Source of the DNA: an uncultured virus (IMG/VR IMGVR_UViG_3300028373_000196)
Lineage: Duplodnaviria > Heunggongvirae > Uroviricota > Caudoviricetes
Length of the DNA: 20,000 nt
Strand: one strand, 5' to 3'
IMG/VR virus record: IMGVR_UViG_3300028373_000196
Part shown: positions 9,752 to 18,400 of the stretch, in pieces
Layout: every line of letters begins with the position of its first letter
Position numbering within the stretch: the stretch's first letter is position 1
Translations under genes and position numbers: made by a program
The notes under the pieces: model-generated
The model's database searches: none
What the model was told of the DNA's origin: nothing
The model's input: only the letters and a program-made list of their open reading frames with translations

Positions 9752-10977
9752 TGAGTTTCAAGATAGGACAATCTACGGGCGGAACTCACATAAACGAAGA
9801 TTTGATGTTCATGAATGCAAATAATGATTTTGTTGGGGGGTATGATAACACAACAGTACCCACCAATGAAACAAAAATAACAGCAAGTGATGGTGCAGCG
9901 AACGACCAATTTGGATATTCTGTGGCAGTCGGTTCAGGTAGAATTGTAGTTGGTGCACCACTTGATGATGCCCCAGGAAGCAATTCAGGTTCTGCATACA
10001 TTTTTGATCTTGATGGAACCCAGATTGCAAAGATATCATCACGTGTTGCAGCGGGTGACGAATTTGGATATTCTATGGCAGTCGGATCAGGCAGAATTGT
10101 AGTTGGTGCACCAGGCGATGATGATTCAGGAGGCCAATCAGGCTCTGCACACATATTTGATCTTGATGGAAACCAGATTGCAAAAATAACAGCAAGTGAT
10201 GGTGCAGCATTTGACTATTTTGGATGGTCTGTGGCAGTCGGTTCGGGTAGAATTGTAGTTGGTGCACGATTTGATGATGACGCAGGAAGCAATTCAGGTT
10301 CTGCATACATATTTGATCTTGATGGAAACCAGATTGCAAAGATATCATCACGTGTTGCAGCGGGCAGCCGATTTGGACAGTCTGTGGCAGTCGGTTCAGG
10401 TAGAATTGTAGTTGGTGCATGGCTAGATGATGGTCGACGACCATCATCAGGTTCTGCACACATATTTGATCTTGATGGAAACCAGATTGCAAAAATAACA
10501 GCAAGGGATGGTGCAGCGGATGACTTTTTTGGATATTCTGTGGCAGTCGGTTCAGGTAGAATTGTAGTTGGTGCATATGGTGATGATGATGCAGGAAGTG
10601 TTTCAGGTTCTGCATACATTTTTGATCTTGATGGAAATCAGATTGCAAAGATATCATCACGTGGTGGAGCGGGCAGCCGATTTGGATGGTCTGTGGCAGT
10701 CGGTTCAGGTGGAATTGTAGTTGGTGCATGGAGTAATGATGGTGCAGGAGCCCAATCAGGTTCTGCACACATATTTGATCTTGATGGAAACCAGATTGCA
10801 AAAATAACAGCAAGTGATAGTGCAACGAACGACCAATTTGGATGGTCTGTGGCAGTCGGTTCGGGTAGAATTGTAGTTGGTGCACGATTTGATGATGACG
10901 CAGGAAGTAGTTCAGGTTCTGCATACACATATACAACACCAACAACCGAACACATACTTGACATCTTGGATTATTGA
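9751..10977 (+). CDS. FG-GAP repeat beta-propeller protein 3 (7 blades), putative adhesin
   Basis: ATG9751 is coupled to the upstream stop (TAATG) and preferred over GTG9718. Seven repeats, three of them with a 1-codon-shorter KISSR linker. Confidence 0.9.
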   Translation: MSFKIGQSTGGTHINEDLMFMNANNDFVGGYDNTTVPTNETKITASDGAANDQFGYSVAVGSGRIVVGAPLDDAPGSNSGSAYIFDLDGTQIAKISSRVAAGDEFGYSMAVGSGRIVVGAPGDDDSGGQSGSAHIFDLDGNQIAKITASDGAAFDYFGWSVAVGSGRIVVGARFDDDAGSNSGSAYIFDLDGNQIAKISSRVAAGSRFGQSVAVGSGRIVVGAWLDDGRRPSSGSAHIFDLDGNQIAKITARDGAADDFFGYSVAVGSGRIVVGAYGDDDAGSVSGSAYIFDLDGNQIAKISSRGGAGSRFGWSVAVGSGGIVVGAWSNDGAGAQSGSAHIFDLDGNQIAKITASDSATNDQFGWSVAVGSGRIVVGARFDDDAGSSSGSAYTYTTPTTEHILDILDY

Positions 10978-11008
10978 AAAAATAACTTTCAGCCAAATAG
11001 ATTTGTGA

Positions 11009-11041
11009 AAATACACCATAATAGTATTTTAGAAAACCAAC
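11009..11041 (+). repeat. 33-nt intergenic direct repeat, copy A
   Basis: aaatacaccataatagtattttagaaaaccaac is 29/33 identical to 12168-12200. Confidence 0.85.
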
Positions 11042-11063
11042 CAAAAAGCTCGCGGGAGATTAC

Positions 11064-11846
11064 ATAACGAAAATAGTTTTGGTTACTGGCGGCTTTGACC
11101 CGTTACACAGTGGACACATAGCATATTTTAATGAGGCTAAAAAATTAGGCGACATTCTTGTAGTTGGTTTAAATAGTGACAATTGGCTTGTCAGAAAGAA
11201 AGGCCAATCTTTCATGAACATAAAAGAGAGGTTGGATATGATATCCAACCTCTCTATGATCAATTCGACGATGTTTTTTAACGATGATGACGGTAGTGCC
11301 GCAGATGCTATTCAGTATTGTTTAGACAAGTACCCCAACGACACTATCATATTTGCAAATGGCGGCGACCGCACTTCAAGTAATATCCCAGAAATGTTTG
11401 CAATTACAAATCCAAGAGTTCAGTGGGTGTTTTCAGTTGGTGGTTTTGACAAAATAAACTCAAGTAGTAAAATTTTAAGTGACTGGAAGACACCAAAAAC
11501 AGAAAAAGATTGGGGTTATTATCGTGTTTTACATTCTGATGGTCCTTCTACCAAAGTTAAGGAACTAGTAGTCAAACCAAACCACAGTCTTAGTCTACAG
11601 AGACACAAATACCGGAACGAATATTGGATTGTTTCTTGCGGTATTGCTACGATAAGATTTGGTTCTGATGTTAATAAACTCGAAACAAAAACACTAACAA
11701 AACATCAGGAAATTCGCATTCCTGAAACTTACTGGCACCAATTGATTAATACTACTGAAAATGATCTGCGAATAGTGGAAATTCAATATGGTGAAAGTTG
11801 CATCGAAGAAGATATTGAAAGAAAAGCAAATGCCATTTTCGTATAA
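11064..11846 (+). CDS. Cytidylyltransferase-like nucleotidyltransferase fused to a mannose-6-phosphate-isomerase-type cupin
   Basis: N-terminal KIVLVTGGFDPLHSGH (HIGH-type motif), VVGLNSD.WL.RKKG and FANGGDR. C-terminal WGYYRVL...KVKELVVKP..SLSLQRH..R.E.W...HQL.N...IVEIQYG....E.DIER. The start is uncertain (ATA11064, ACG11067 or TTG11079). Confidence 0.85.
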   Translation: MTKIVLVTGGFDPLHSGHIAYFNEAKKLGDILVVGLNSDNWLVRKKGQSFMNIKERLDMISNLSMINSTMFFNDDDGSAADAIQYCLDKYPNDTIIFANGGDRTSSNIPEMFAITNPRVQWVFSVGGFDKINSSSKILSDWKTPKTEKDWGYYRVLHSDGPSTKVKELVVKPNHSLSLQRHKYRNEYWIVSCGIATIRFGSDVNKLETKTLTKHQEIRIPETYWHQLINTTENDLRIVEIQYGESCIEEDIERKANAIFV

Positions 11847-11849
11847 ATA
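11842..11849 (+). promoter_or_regulatory. T4-like late promoter box TATAAATA
   Basis: Exact T4 gp55 consensus at a gene boundary, but it overlaps the stop of the upstream gene and the probable start of the downstream remnant. Confidence 0.45.
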
Positions 11850-12164
11850 CAAGATCAAATTTGTATGTGAATCAGGGTACAGATTTTTATGCTTATCTAG
11901 AACTGTTTTCTAATGATATAGAATTTGATGTTTCTGATATTACATTCTTTGGTAGTGTTAGAAGAGTATATTCATCTGCACTTGCATTTAATATTAGTGT
12001 TACTATAGTCCCAAATGGTCCAACAAACGATGTCGTTTTCGGTCAATTCCCAAGACAACAGCCCACTGAGTATTTTCTTCAAACCAGATGGTGCCAAGAT
12101 GTACACTGTCAACACCATGGAATATTGCAACTCCATCGAATATCTGTGTGTCCAAGAAATATGA
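11843..12164 (+). pseudogene. Chimeric remnant: N-terminal half of a conserved T4-like phage protein joined to a beta-propeller tail repeat fragment
   Basis: 11843-12030 reads (I)NTRSNLYVNQGTDF...F.GSVRRVYSS..AF, like the NLYIDQGxDF...Q.RK.YSS family. From 12030 another frame reads SFSVNSQDNSPLSIFFKPDGAKMY, and from 12103 a third frame reads TLSTPWNIAT. Confidence 0.7.
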
Positions 12165-12172
12165 TATAAATA
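12165..12172 (+). promoter_or_regulatory. T4-like late promoter box TATAAATA
   Basis: Exact consensus ~48 nt upstream of ATG12220, in intergenic DNA. Confidence 0.65.
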
Positions 12173-12200
12173 CATCGTAATAGAATTTTTGAAAACCAAC
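12168..12200 (+). repeat. 33-nt intergenic direct repeat, copy B
   Basis: aaatacatcgtaatagaatttttgaaaaccaac is 29/33 identical to 11009-11041. Confidence 0.85.
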
Positions 12201-12219
12201 TAGTGATTATAGGATGCAC

Positions 12220-13284
12220 ATGAAAGAATTGAAAAAAAGCGATGCAGAGATAGAAAATCAATACCGATTCGGAAACGACGAATCTTTTGCGAAATATGCG
12301 ATCAGTCTCGGTGGCAAAATTAAACCGCTTGTCATTCCATCTGAAAATACCAGTGGAACAGGGTTGATGAATCCCACCATATATAAGCTACCAAACGGCA
12401 AATTAGCAGTGAACATCAGACATGTAAATTACACTTTTTATCACTCCGAAAAAAAGTTGTTGCAACACCAATGGGGTCCGCTTACATATCTACATCCAGA
12501 AAATGACCAATATCTCAGAACAAGAAACTTCTTTTGCGAATTAGACCAATCGCTTGATATCACATCATTTAACGAAATAGACGCCACCAAATTTGACACA
12601 TACGAGCCTATGTGGGATTTTGTCGGTCTCGAAGATGTGAGATTGGTTGTTTGGGATGGGAAAATGTATGCAACTGGCGTACGACGAGACACCACTACAA
12701 ACGGTCAAGGAAGAATGGAATTGTCTGAACTTGATTATTCAGACGGTAAAGTTACAGAAGTATCAAGAGTTAGAATTGCGCCACCTAATGATCAAAATTC
12801 GTATTGTGAAAAAAATTGGATGCCTGTTACTGACATGGATTACACATATGTAAAATGGTCCAACCCAACTGAATTGGTTAGTGTTGACCCAAACACTGGA
12901 GAATCCAAAACTGTAAAAATATCCAACTATGTAGACGCACCAAATGATTTTAGAGGTGGTACGCAAGTGATTCCATTTGGTGATGAAGGTCACAGAATTG
13001 CTTTGATACATGAAGTTGATCTGTTCCAGAGCGAACACAACAGAAAAGATGCAGTGTATAGGCACCGCTTTGTAATTTGGGACAGTGACTGGAACATTGT
13101 AAAATATACAACAGATTTCTCAATGATGAATGGCCATGTCGAATTTGCAGTAGGTATGTGTTTTAATAAAAACGATGAAATCTTAATTACATTTGGTTTC
13201 CAAGACAATGCAGCATACATTTTACAAACTACACTAAAAGACTTGGTCAATTTCGTCAACACAAATTGCGCGTTTCACATATGA
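12220..13284 (+). CDS. Five-bladed beta-propeller glycoside hydrolase/phosphorylase-like protein (GH130-like)
   Basis: Motifs MNPTI, GLEDVRL, EKNWMP, RGGT, YRHRFV, VEFAVGM and ITFGFQDN. AGGA at 12211-12214 favours ATG12220 over ATG12214. Confidence 0.65.
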   Translation: MKELKKSDAEIENQYRFGNDESFAKYAISLGGKIKPLVIPSENTSGTGLMNPTIYKLPNGKLAVNIRHVNYTFYHSEKKLLQHQWGPLTYLHPENDQYLRTRNFFCELDQSLDITSFNEIDATKFDTYEPMWDFVGLEDVRLVVWDGKMYATGVRRDTTTNGQGRMELSELDYSDGKVTEVSRVRIAPPNDQNSYCEKNWMPVTDMDYTYVKWSNPTELVSVDPNTGESKTVKISNYVDAPNDFRGGTQVIPFGDEGHRIALIHEVDLFQSEHNRKDAVYRHRFVIWDSDWNIVKYTTDFSMMNGHVEFAVGMCFNKNDEILITFGFQDNAAYILQTTLKDLVNFVNTNCAFHI

Positions 13285-13315
13285 ATCTTCAAACAGAATA
13301 CAGGATAATTATATT

Positions 13316-14575
13316 ATGATAGATACTCTACTGAATCAATTTGTATGTTCGCCAAATGACCCTGAAACAAATTTTGCACTTGCAAGATATTATCATGATA
13401 TTGGACAAACTGCTTCTGCGGTATCTTATTATATCAGGACGGCGGAAAGAACAGAAGACTTGTTGTTAAGATATGAATGTCTCTTACATGGCGCAAATTG
13501 CTTTGAAATGCAAGGGACACGTAGATTTACAGTCAAAGGAATGTTACAGCAAGCAATATCAATTTTACCGAAAAGACCAGAAGCCTACTTTCTTTTAAGT
13601 AAAATGCAAGAACACAATGAGGCCAATCAAGGAAGATATCTCGATTCGTACACATTATGTTCTATTGCCATCACAGTGTGCGAATTTGATGGAGATGGTC
13701 TCAGACATTCTGTAAATTTTCACGGCAAGTACCAACTACTATTTCAAAAAGGCATCATGGGTTGGTGGAACGGACTCAATGAAGAAACAAAAACCATATT
13801 CTTAGACCTTCATATGAACTATGATATGGCGGAAGAATATAAAACTTCTGTAAGAAACAATCTGATCAACATGGGCGCATTTAGCACCAAGACACTGATT
13901 AATTACGAACATGGCAAATTGCCTAATCTCCAGATTAGGTTCGATGGCGCGGGGAATGTGGAAAGAAACTACTCTGAGGCATATCAAGACATGTTTGTAT
14001 TAACAGCAACCAACGGCAAGAGAAACGGAACGTACGTGGAAATTGGTTCGGGACACCCATCATACGGCAATAACACATATCTGTTGGAAAAAGACTTTGG
14101 ATGGAATGGAATTTCGTTAGATGTAGATGAAAATTCCATCACACAGCATAGCAGCGAGCGAAAGCACACTGCCATATTAAAAGATGCGACTACAATAAAT
14201 TACGACAAATATTTTACAGGGATGAGTTTGCCTTCTAATATAGATTATCTACAGATTGATGTCGATCCTTCAGATGTGTCTCTGAAGGTTCTTTATTCTA
14301 TGCCGTTTGATACTTTCAAGTTTTCAGTTGTAACATTTGAACATGACCACTATGCACAACCACACACAAAAGTAAGAGAAAAGGCAAGAGCATTTTTGAA
14401 GTCTTACGGATATGTATTAGTAGTATCTAATATATCACCAGACGATTCTAGACCATATGAAGATTGGTTTGTTCATCCAGATCTTGTAGATGCTGATACA
14501 ATTAAAAAACTTACAGTAGAAGGTGATGCCACGAAGAAAGCCGAAAAATATATGTTTGGTATGTATAGTGGATAA
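13316..14575 (+). CDS. TPR-domain protein fused to an FkbM-like SAM-dependent methyltransferase
   Basis: N-terminal helical TPR-like region (P.DPE.NF.LA..Y...GQ.ASA.SYY; A....P.RPEAYF.LS). C-terminal YSEAYQD.FV...GTYVEIGSG.P..GNNT..LE...GW.G, IDYLQID.DP, FEHD.Y and YEDW.VHP. Confidence 0.8.
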   Translation: MIDTLLNQFVCSPNDPETNFALARYYHDIGQTASAVSYYIRTAERTEDLLLRYECLLHGANCFEMQGTRRFTVKGMLQQAISILPKRPEAYFLLSKMQEHNEANQGRYLDSYTLCSIAITVCEFDGDGLRHSVNFHGKYQLLFQKGIMGWWNGLNEETKTIFLDLHMNYDMAEEYKTSVRNNLINMGAFSTKTLINYEHGKLPNLQIRFDGAGNVERNYSEAYQDMFVLTATNGKRNGTYVEIGSGHPSYGNNTYLLEKDFGWNGISLDVDENSITQHSSERKHTAILKDATTINYDKYFTGMSLPSNIDYLQIDVDPSDVSLKVLYSMPFDTFKFSVVTFEHDHYAQPHTKVREKARAFLKSYGYVLVVSNISPDDSRPYEDWFVHPDLVDADTIKKLTVEGDATKKAEKYMFGMYSG

Positions 14576-15353
14576 AATACCTGTTATCGGCACAGCGGTT
14601 GTAAATAGTAGCTATTGGGTCAATAGATTATTATTAAGTGTTGACTATCCTATAAAGGACTTTGTTATAATTAATAACAATGGTAGAGGCCAATTAGACG
14701 AAGAACTAAACATGATTGTCAAAATGAAGCATCGTTATATTGACAACATAAAAGTTGTACACATGCCTTCTAATATTGGATGTGGAGGTGCTTGGAATCT
14801 TATTATAAAATGTTACATGAACGCACCGTATTGGATTATTGCAAACGATGATGTGGCGTTTAATTCTGGATTACTAAACGAGATTCATGGTATTATGTCG
14901 AGTGATACAGATGTAGGTACGGTACATCCTAATTCAGGTGATTTCGGTCTCGGGGCTTGGGATTTGTTTGCTATGCACGAAAGAACAGTAAAACAGCTTG
15001 GACTATTTGATGAGAACACTTATCCTGCATATTGCGAGGACGCAGACTATATAATGAAAATGAAGAACAAAGGTGTTAAATCTATAGTTGGATTAAAACA
15101 CTCTTATTTGCATGGTACTGGCGAAGCGAAAGACTATTACGAGCACGGAAGACAGACTGAAAAATCAGACCCAAATCTGAAAGTTATTCTTGATAAATCT
15201 AACCTTATGAATATTGATTACTTGACAAGAAAGTGGGGTATAGGTTGGAGAAATGTACAACCGAACGGATCGCCCTTTGAAGGTGAAAAAGTTGATATTA
15301 GCTATTCATTATATGATTTAGATTTTGTCAGGAGCAAACATACAGGTTTTTAA
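14568..15353 (+). CDS. GT-A fold (GT2-like) glycosyltransferase
   Basis: GTG14568 overlaps the upstream stop (GTGGATAA). Motifs IINNNG, N.GCGGAWN, YWIIANDD (DxD-like) and GLFDEN.YPAYCED.DY. Confidence 0.8.
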   Translation: MDKIPVIGTAVVNSSYWVNRLLLSVDYPIKDFVIINNNGRGQLDEELNMIVKMKHRYIDNIKVVHMPSNIGCGGAWNLIIKCYMNAPYWIIANDDVAFNSGLLNEIHGIMSSDTDVGTVHPNSGDFGLGAWDLFAMHERTVKQLGLFDENTYPAYCEDADYIMKMKNKGVKSIVGLKHSYLHGTGEAKDYYEHGRQTEKSDPNLKVILDKSNLMNIDYLTRKWGIGWRNVQPNGSPFEGEKVDISYSLYDLDFVRSKHTGF

Positions 15354-15359
15354 TTTAGT

Positions 15360-15367
15360 CATAAATA
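15360..15367 (+). promoter_or_regulatory. Possible late promoter box (CATAAATA)
   Basis: NATAAATA variant in intergenic DNA just after the stop at 15353. Confidence 0.4.
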
Positions 15368-15421
15368 GAGAGTAGTTCAACATGGAAGTAACTACTAAGC
15401 GAAACTGTCTGAAGATATAGA

Positions 15422-15450
15422 TTGACAATTGGTATATTTAATTGTATAGT
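15422..15450 (+). promoter_or_regulatory. Sigma70-type promoter TTGACA-N17-TATAGT
   Basis: TTGACA at 15422-15427, a 17-nt spacer, and TATAGT at 15445-15450. The predicted +1 falls on or near ATG15457. Confidence 0.8.
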
Positions 15451-15456
15451 TATAAT

Positions 15457-18400
15457 ATGAAAATAGCAATCGTTGACACACTAGGCTTAGCCTATGACGG
15501 AGATACACTAACTGTCCGAGGGTTAGGTGGGAGCGAATCTGCAGTAATCCTTATAAGCAAAGAGTTATCTAACTTAGGGTTTGATGTAACAGTTTATAAT
15601 AACTGTCTTGACAGTCGGGCATCACCTGGTAATTATAACGGAGTGACATACATTGACCACTCTCAGCACTGCCCAACTGTAGAGTATGATATTTTTATAA
15701 GTTCGCGCACTACTTTACCATTTCGTACAAGCAACAAATATGAAAAAATAGCAATGCTTGCTAAAAAACGCATATTGTGGATGCACGACACATTTTGCGA
15801 AGGTGACAGTGATCTCGAAGCAATGCTAGTACACGGATACATTGACGAAGTATTTACATTATCTGATTTTCACAGCTGGTATGTAACCAGCTGTGACCAC
15901 GGAAACAAAAGAAATTTTGAAATGCTCAAGCATAAATTCTTTCAAACTAGAAACGGCGCAGTAAAGCATATACCTTTCGTTAACATAAACGCAAAAGATC
16001 CTATGCACTTTGTTTATAATGCGAGTGCAACCAAGGGATTAATTCCTCTTGTAAATAATATTTGGCCAAACATTAAAATTGCGTTACCATCTGCACACTT
16101 AACATGCATTGGGGGATTTTACAGACATCGAGATAATGCCCAGCCCGACGCGCAAGAATTAATGGTCAATAAGCTAATAGAATTAGCACCCAACGGCGTA
16201 ACTTTTACTGGGGTAATACCCCAGTTTGAGATTGCAGAAATTTTAGCAAACGCATCAATGATGCTGTACCCAACGGCGTTCCCTGAAACATTTGGCATTT
16301 CTTCTTTGGAAAGTTTATTATATAATACTCCTATAATAACAAACACATTTGGGGCACTAGAAGAAACTGCAATTGACACAGCATGCTATAAAATACCATA
16401 CTCGTCGACTAATAATGCACTTTTTAACAACATTAATGAAACCGAGCAAGCGATGAAATTTGTTAAAACCGTTGTAGACGCAGTTAGGAACCCTTACTTA
16501 TTACAACAAAAACAAAACTATTGCAATGTAGTAGACGACGTGTACAGCTGGCGCACGGTTGCTATACAGTGGAAACAACATTTTTACAACATTCTTGGAG
16601 AATTTCTTGATGTAGAAACTTATCATCAAGCCGACGAAATTAATCAATCTGTGACACGAATATACGGCCGTCGATTTAACAATAAGGAAGATAGAAAAAA
16701 GTATATATCATACAATCATCAACGTAATGTTGTAGTCGTAAGTCCTGTTAGGAATGCACAAGACTATATCAGAAATCACTGCTTGTCAGTGTGGACACAG
16801 GACTATACCAACTGGCAACACTATATAACAGATGACAATAGCAACGATGATACTACAAAAATTATTCAAGAAGAATTAGCAAAGCAACCACAAGAAATTC
16901 AAGATCGTGTCACGGTAACGCTAAACGATCATCGCAAAGGCGCAGCAAATAATCAAGTAGATGTGTTTAATATTGCAGCAGACGACGATATTATTATGTT
17001 GCTCGACGGAGATGATTGGCTAGTTAACAATCCGACTATCTTTCATATGTACAACAATCTCTACAGCAAAGGTCACGATTTTACGTACGGGTCGATGCAA
17101 AGTTTAGCAGACGACATTCCTTTAATTGCACAGGATTATCCACCGGATGTAATACAAGATAAAACATATAGATCTTGTAAATTTAATTGGGGAATACCCT
17201 ACACTCATCTAAGAACAGTTAGCGGAAAACTAGCTCGCAAGTTTGATACCAGTGTAGTAAAAGACTCCAGTGGAGAGTTCATGAAGTCGGGCGCCGATAA
17301 TCCTATGTTCTACAAAATGATCGAAGATAGTACAAATCCAAAAGCTATAAAAGAAATAATAGTTAACTACAATGACATTAATCCTCTCAACGACTACAAG
17401 GTAAATGCAGTAGAACAAACACTAAATTCAGAAAGATCGTATATGACTAATAAAAAAATACTAATTGGAATTCCGACTAACAAATATATAGAACCGGAAA
17501 CGATGAAGTCAGTATATGACTTAATAGTGCCCGACGGTTATGAAACAGAATTTCAATTTTTTTACGGATATCAAATAGATCAAATAAGAAACCTTATTGG
17601 TAAATGGGCTAAAAACTATGATTATTTGTTTTCTGTAGATAGCGATATTGTATTACAGCCTGATACATTAGTTAAAATGTTAAAAGCTGACAAAGATGTT
17701 ATTAGCGGGTTGTATATTCAGCGAATTCCTGACACTCATACACTTGAGGTGTACATGGATTCTGGAAACGGCGGCTGCACAAATATTCCAATTACTGCTA
17801 TACAAGGAAAAGGAATAGTAGAGATTGCAGGGTGTGGCATGGGATGTGTTCTTATTAATAGTAATGTGTTTAGACAACTTGAATATCCACATTTTTATTA
17901 TCAATCAGCATTGGATCACAAAGACACAATATCCGAAGACATTTACTTCTGCAAAAAAGCTCGCGCGCACGGATTTACTATATGGGCAGATGAATCTATT
18001 CGCTGCGATCATATCGGAAATACTAAATTTGTTGTAACTTCTGATAAAGAAGAAATACCACATTTGCAGAGCGTAGCAGATCGAGATCTTTTACCAGCAC
18101 TTCATGTAGAGTATCTAAAAAAAATAAACAGCAATCCTAAGGTAATTTACGACATCGGAGCATGTGTGTTACATTGGACTCGTCATGCTAGTAGTATCTG
18201 GCCAGAAGCAGAATTTTGCTTAGTTGATGCTACTATGTCAGTTCAGCCGTTTCTTGAAACTTCGGGACACAAATGGAAAATAGCAGTGTTATCAGACTCT
18301 GATAACAAAGAGGTTGAGTTTTATGAAAATAGTAATGATCCAGGTGGAAATTCTTACTATTTAGAAAACACCGAAGCATATAACAATAGTCATAAAACCA

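Larger units (their letters stand above)
6810..10930 (+). repeat. 21 near-identical 156-nt (some 153-nt) coding repeats in three arrays (~6810-7875, ~8030-9095, ~9873-10930)
   Basis: For example gcagtcggttcagg occurs at 6861 and 7017 (156-nt period). The scaffold is nearly invariant at DNA level across all three genes. Confidence 0.95.

Noticed and set aside
6810..10930. CRISPR-like array
   Set aside because: Repeats are ~156-nt in-frame coding units without unique spacers, and there are no cas genes.
6690..10977. Diversity-generating retroelement (TR/VR) explanation for the repeat variation
   Set aside because: No reverse transcriptase in the window and no non-coding template copy. Differences are not confined to adenines of any one copy (e.g. 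aacgaccaa vs ggtgacttt vs ggcagccga).
11008..11030. AAAATAC...GTATTTT hairpin as a terminator after propeller 3
   Set aside because: Weak, almost all-AT 7-bp stem that is not preserved in the second repeat copy.
6641..11044. Long antisense ORFs (His/Gln/Leu-rich 316, 365 and 323 aa; MYAEPE... series)
   Set aside because: They are shadows of the repeated sense-strand unit: a stop-free frame in one repeat is propagated through all copies, and their extent tracks the arrays.
11972..12199. Minus-strand 75-aa ORF or an inversion explaining the broken gene
   Set aside because: The plus-strand alternative frames give a much clearer match (FFKPDG.KMY, LSTPWNI), and no flanking inverted repeats were seen.
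15382..15420. 12-codon ORF MEVTTKRNCLKI after the CATAAATA box
   Set aside because: Too short, with only a weak Shine-Dalgarno; no support as a gene or leader peptide.
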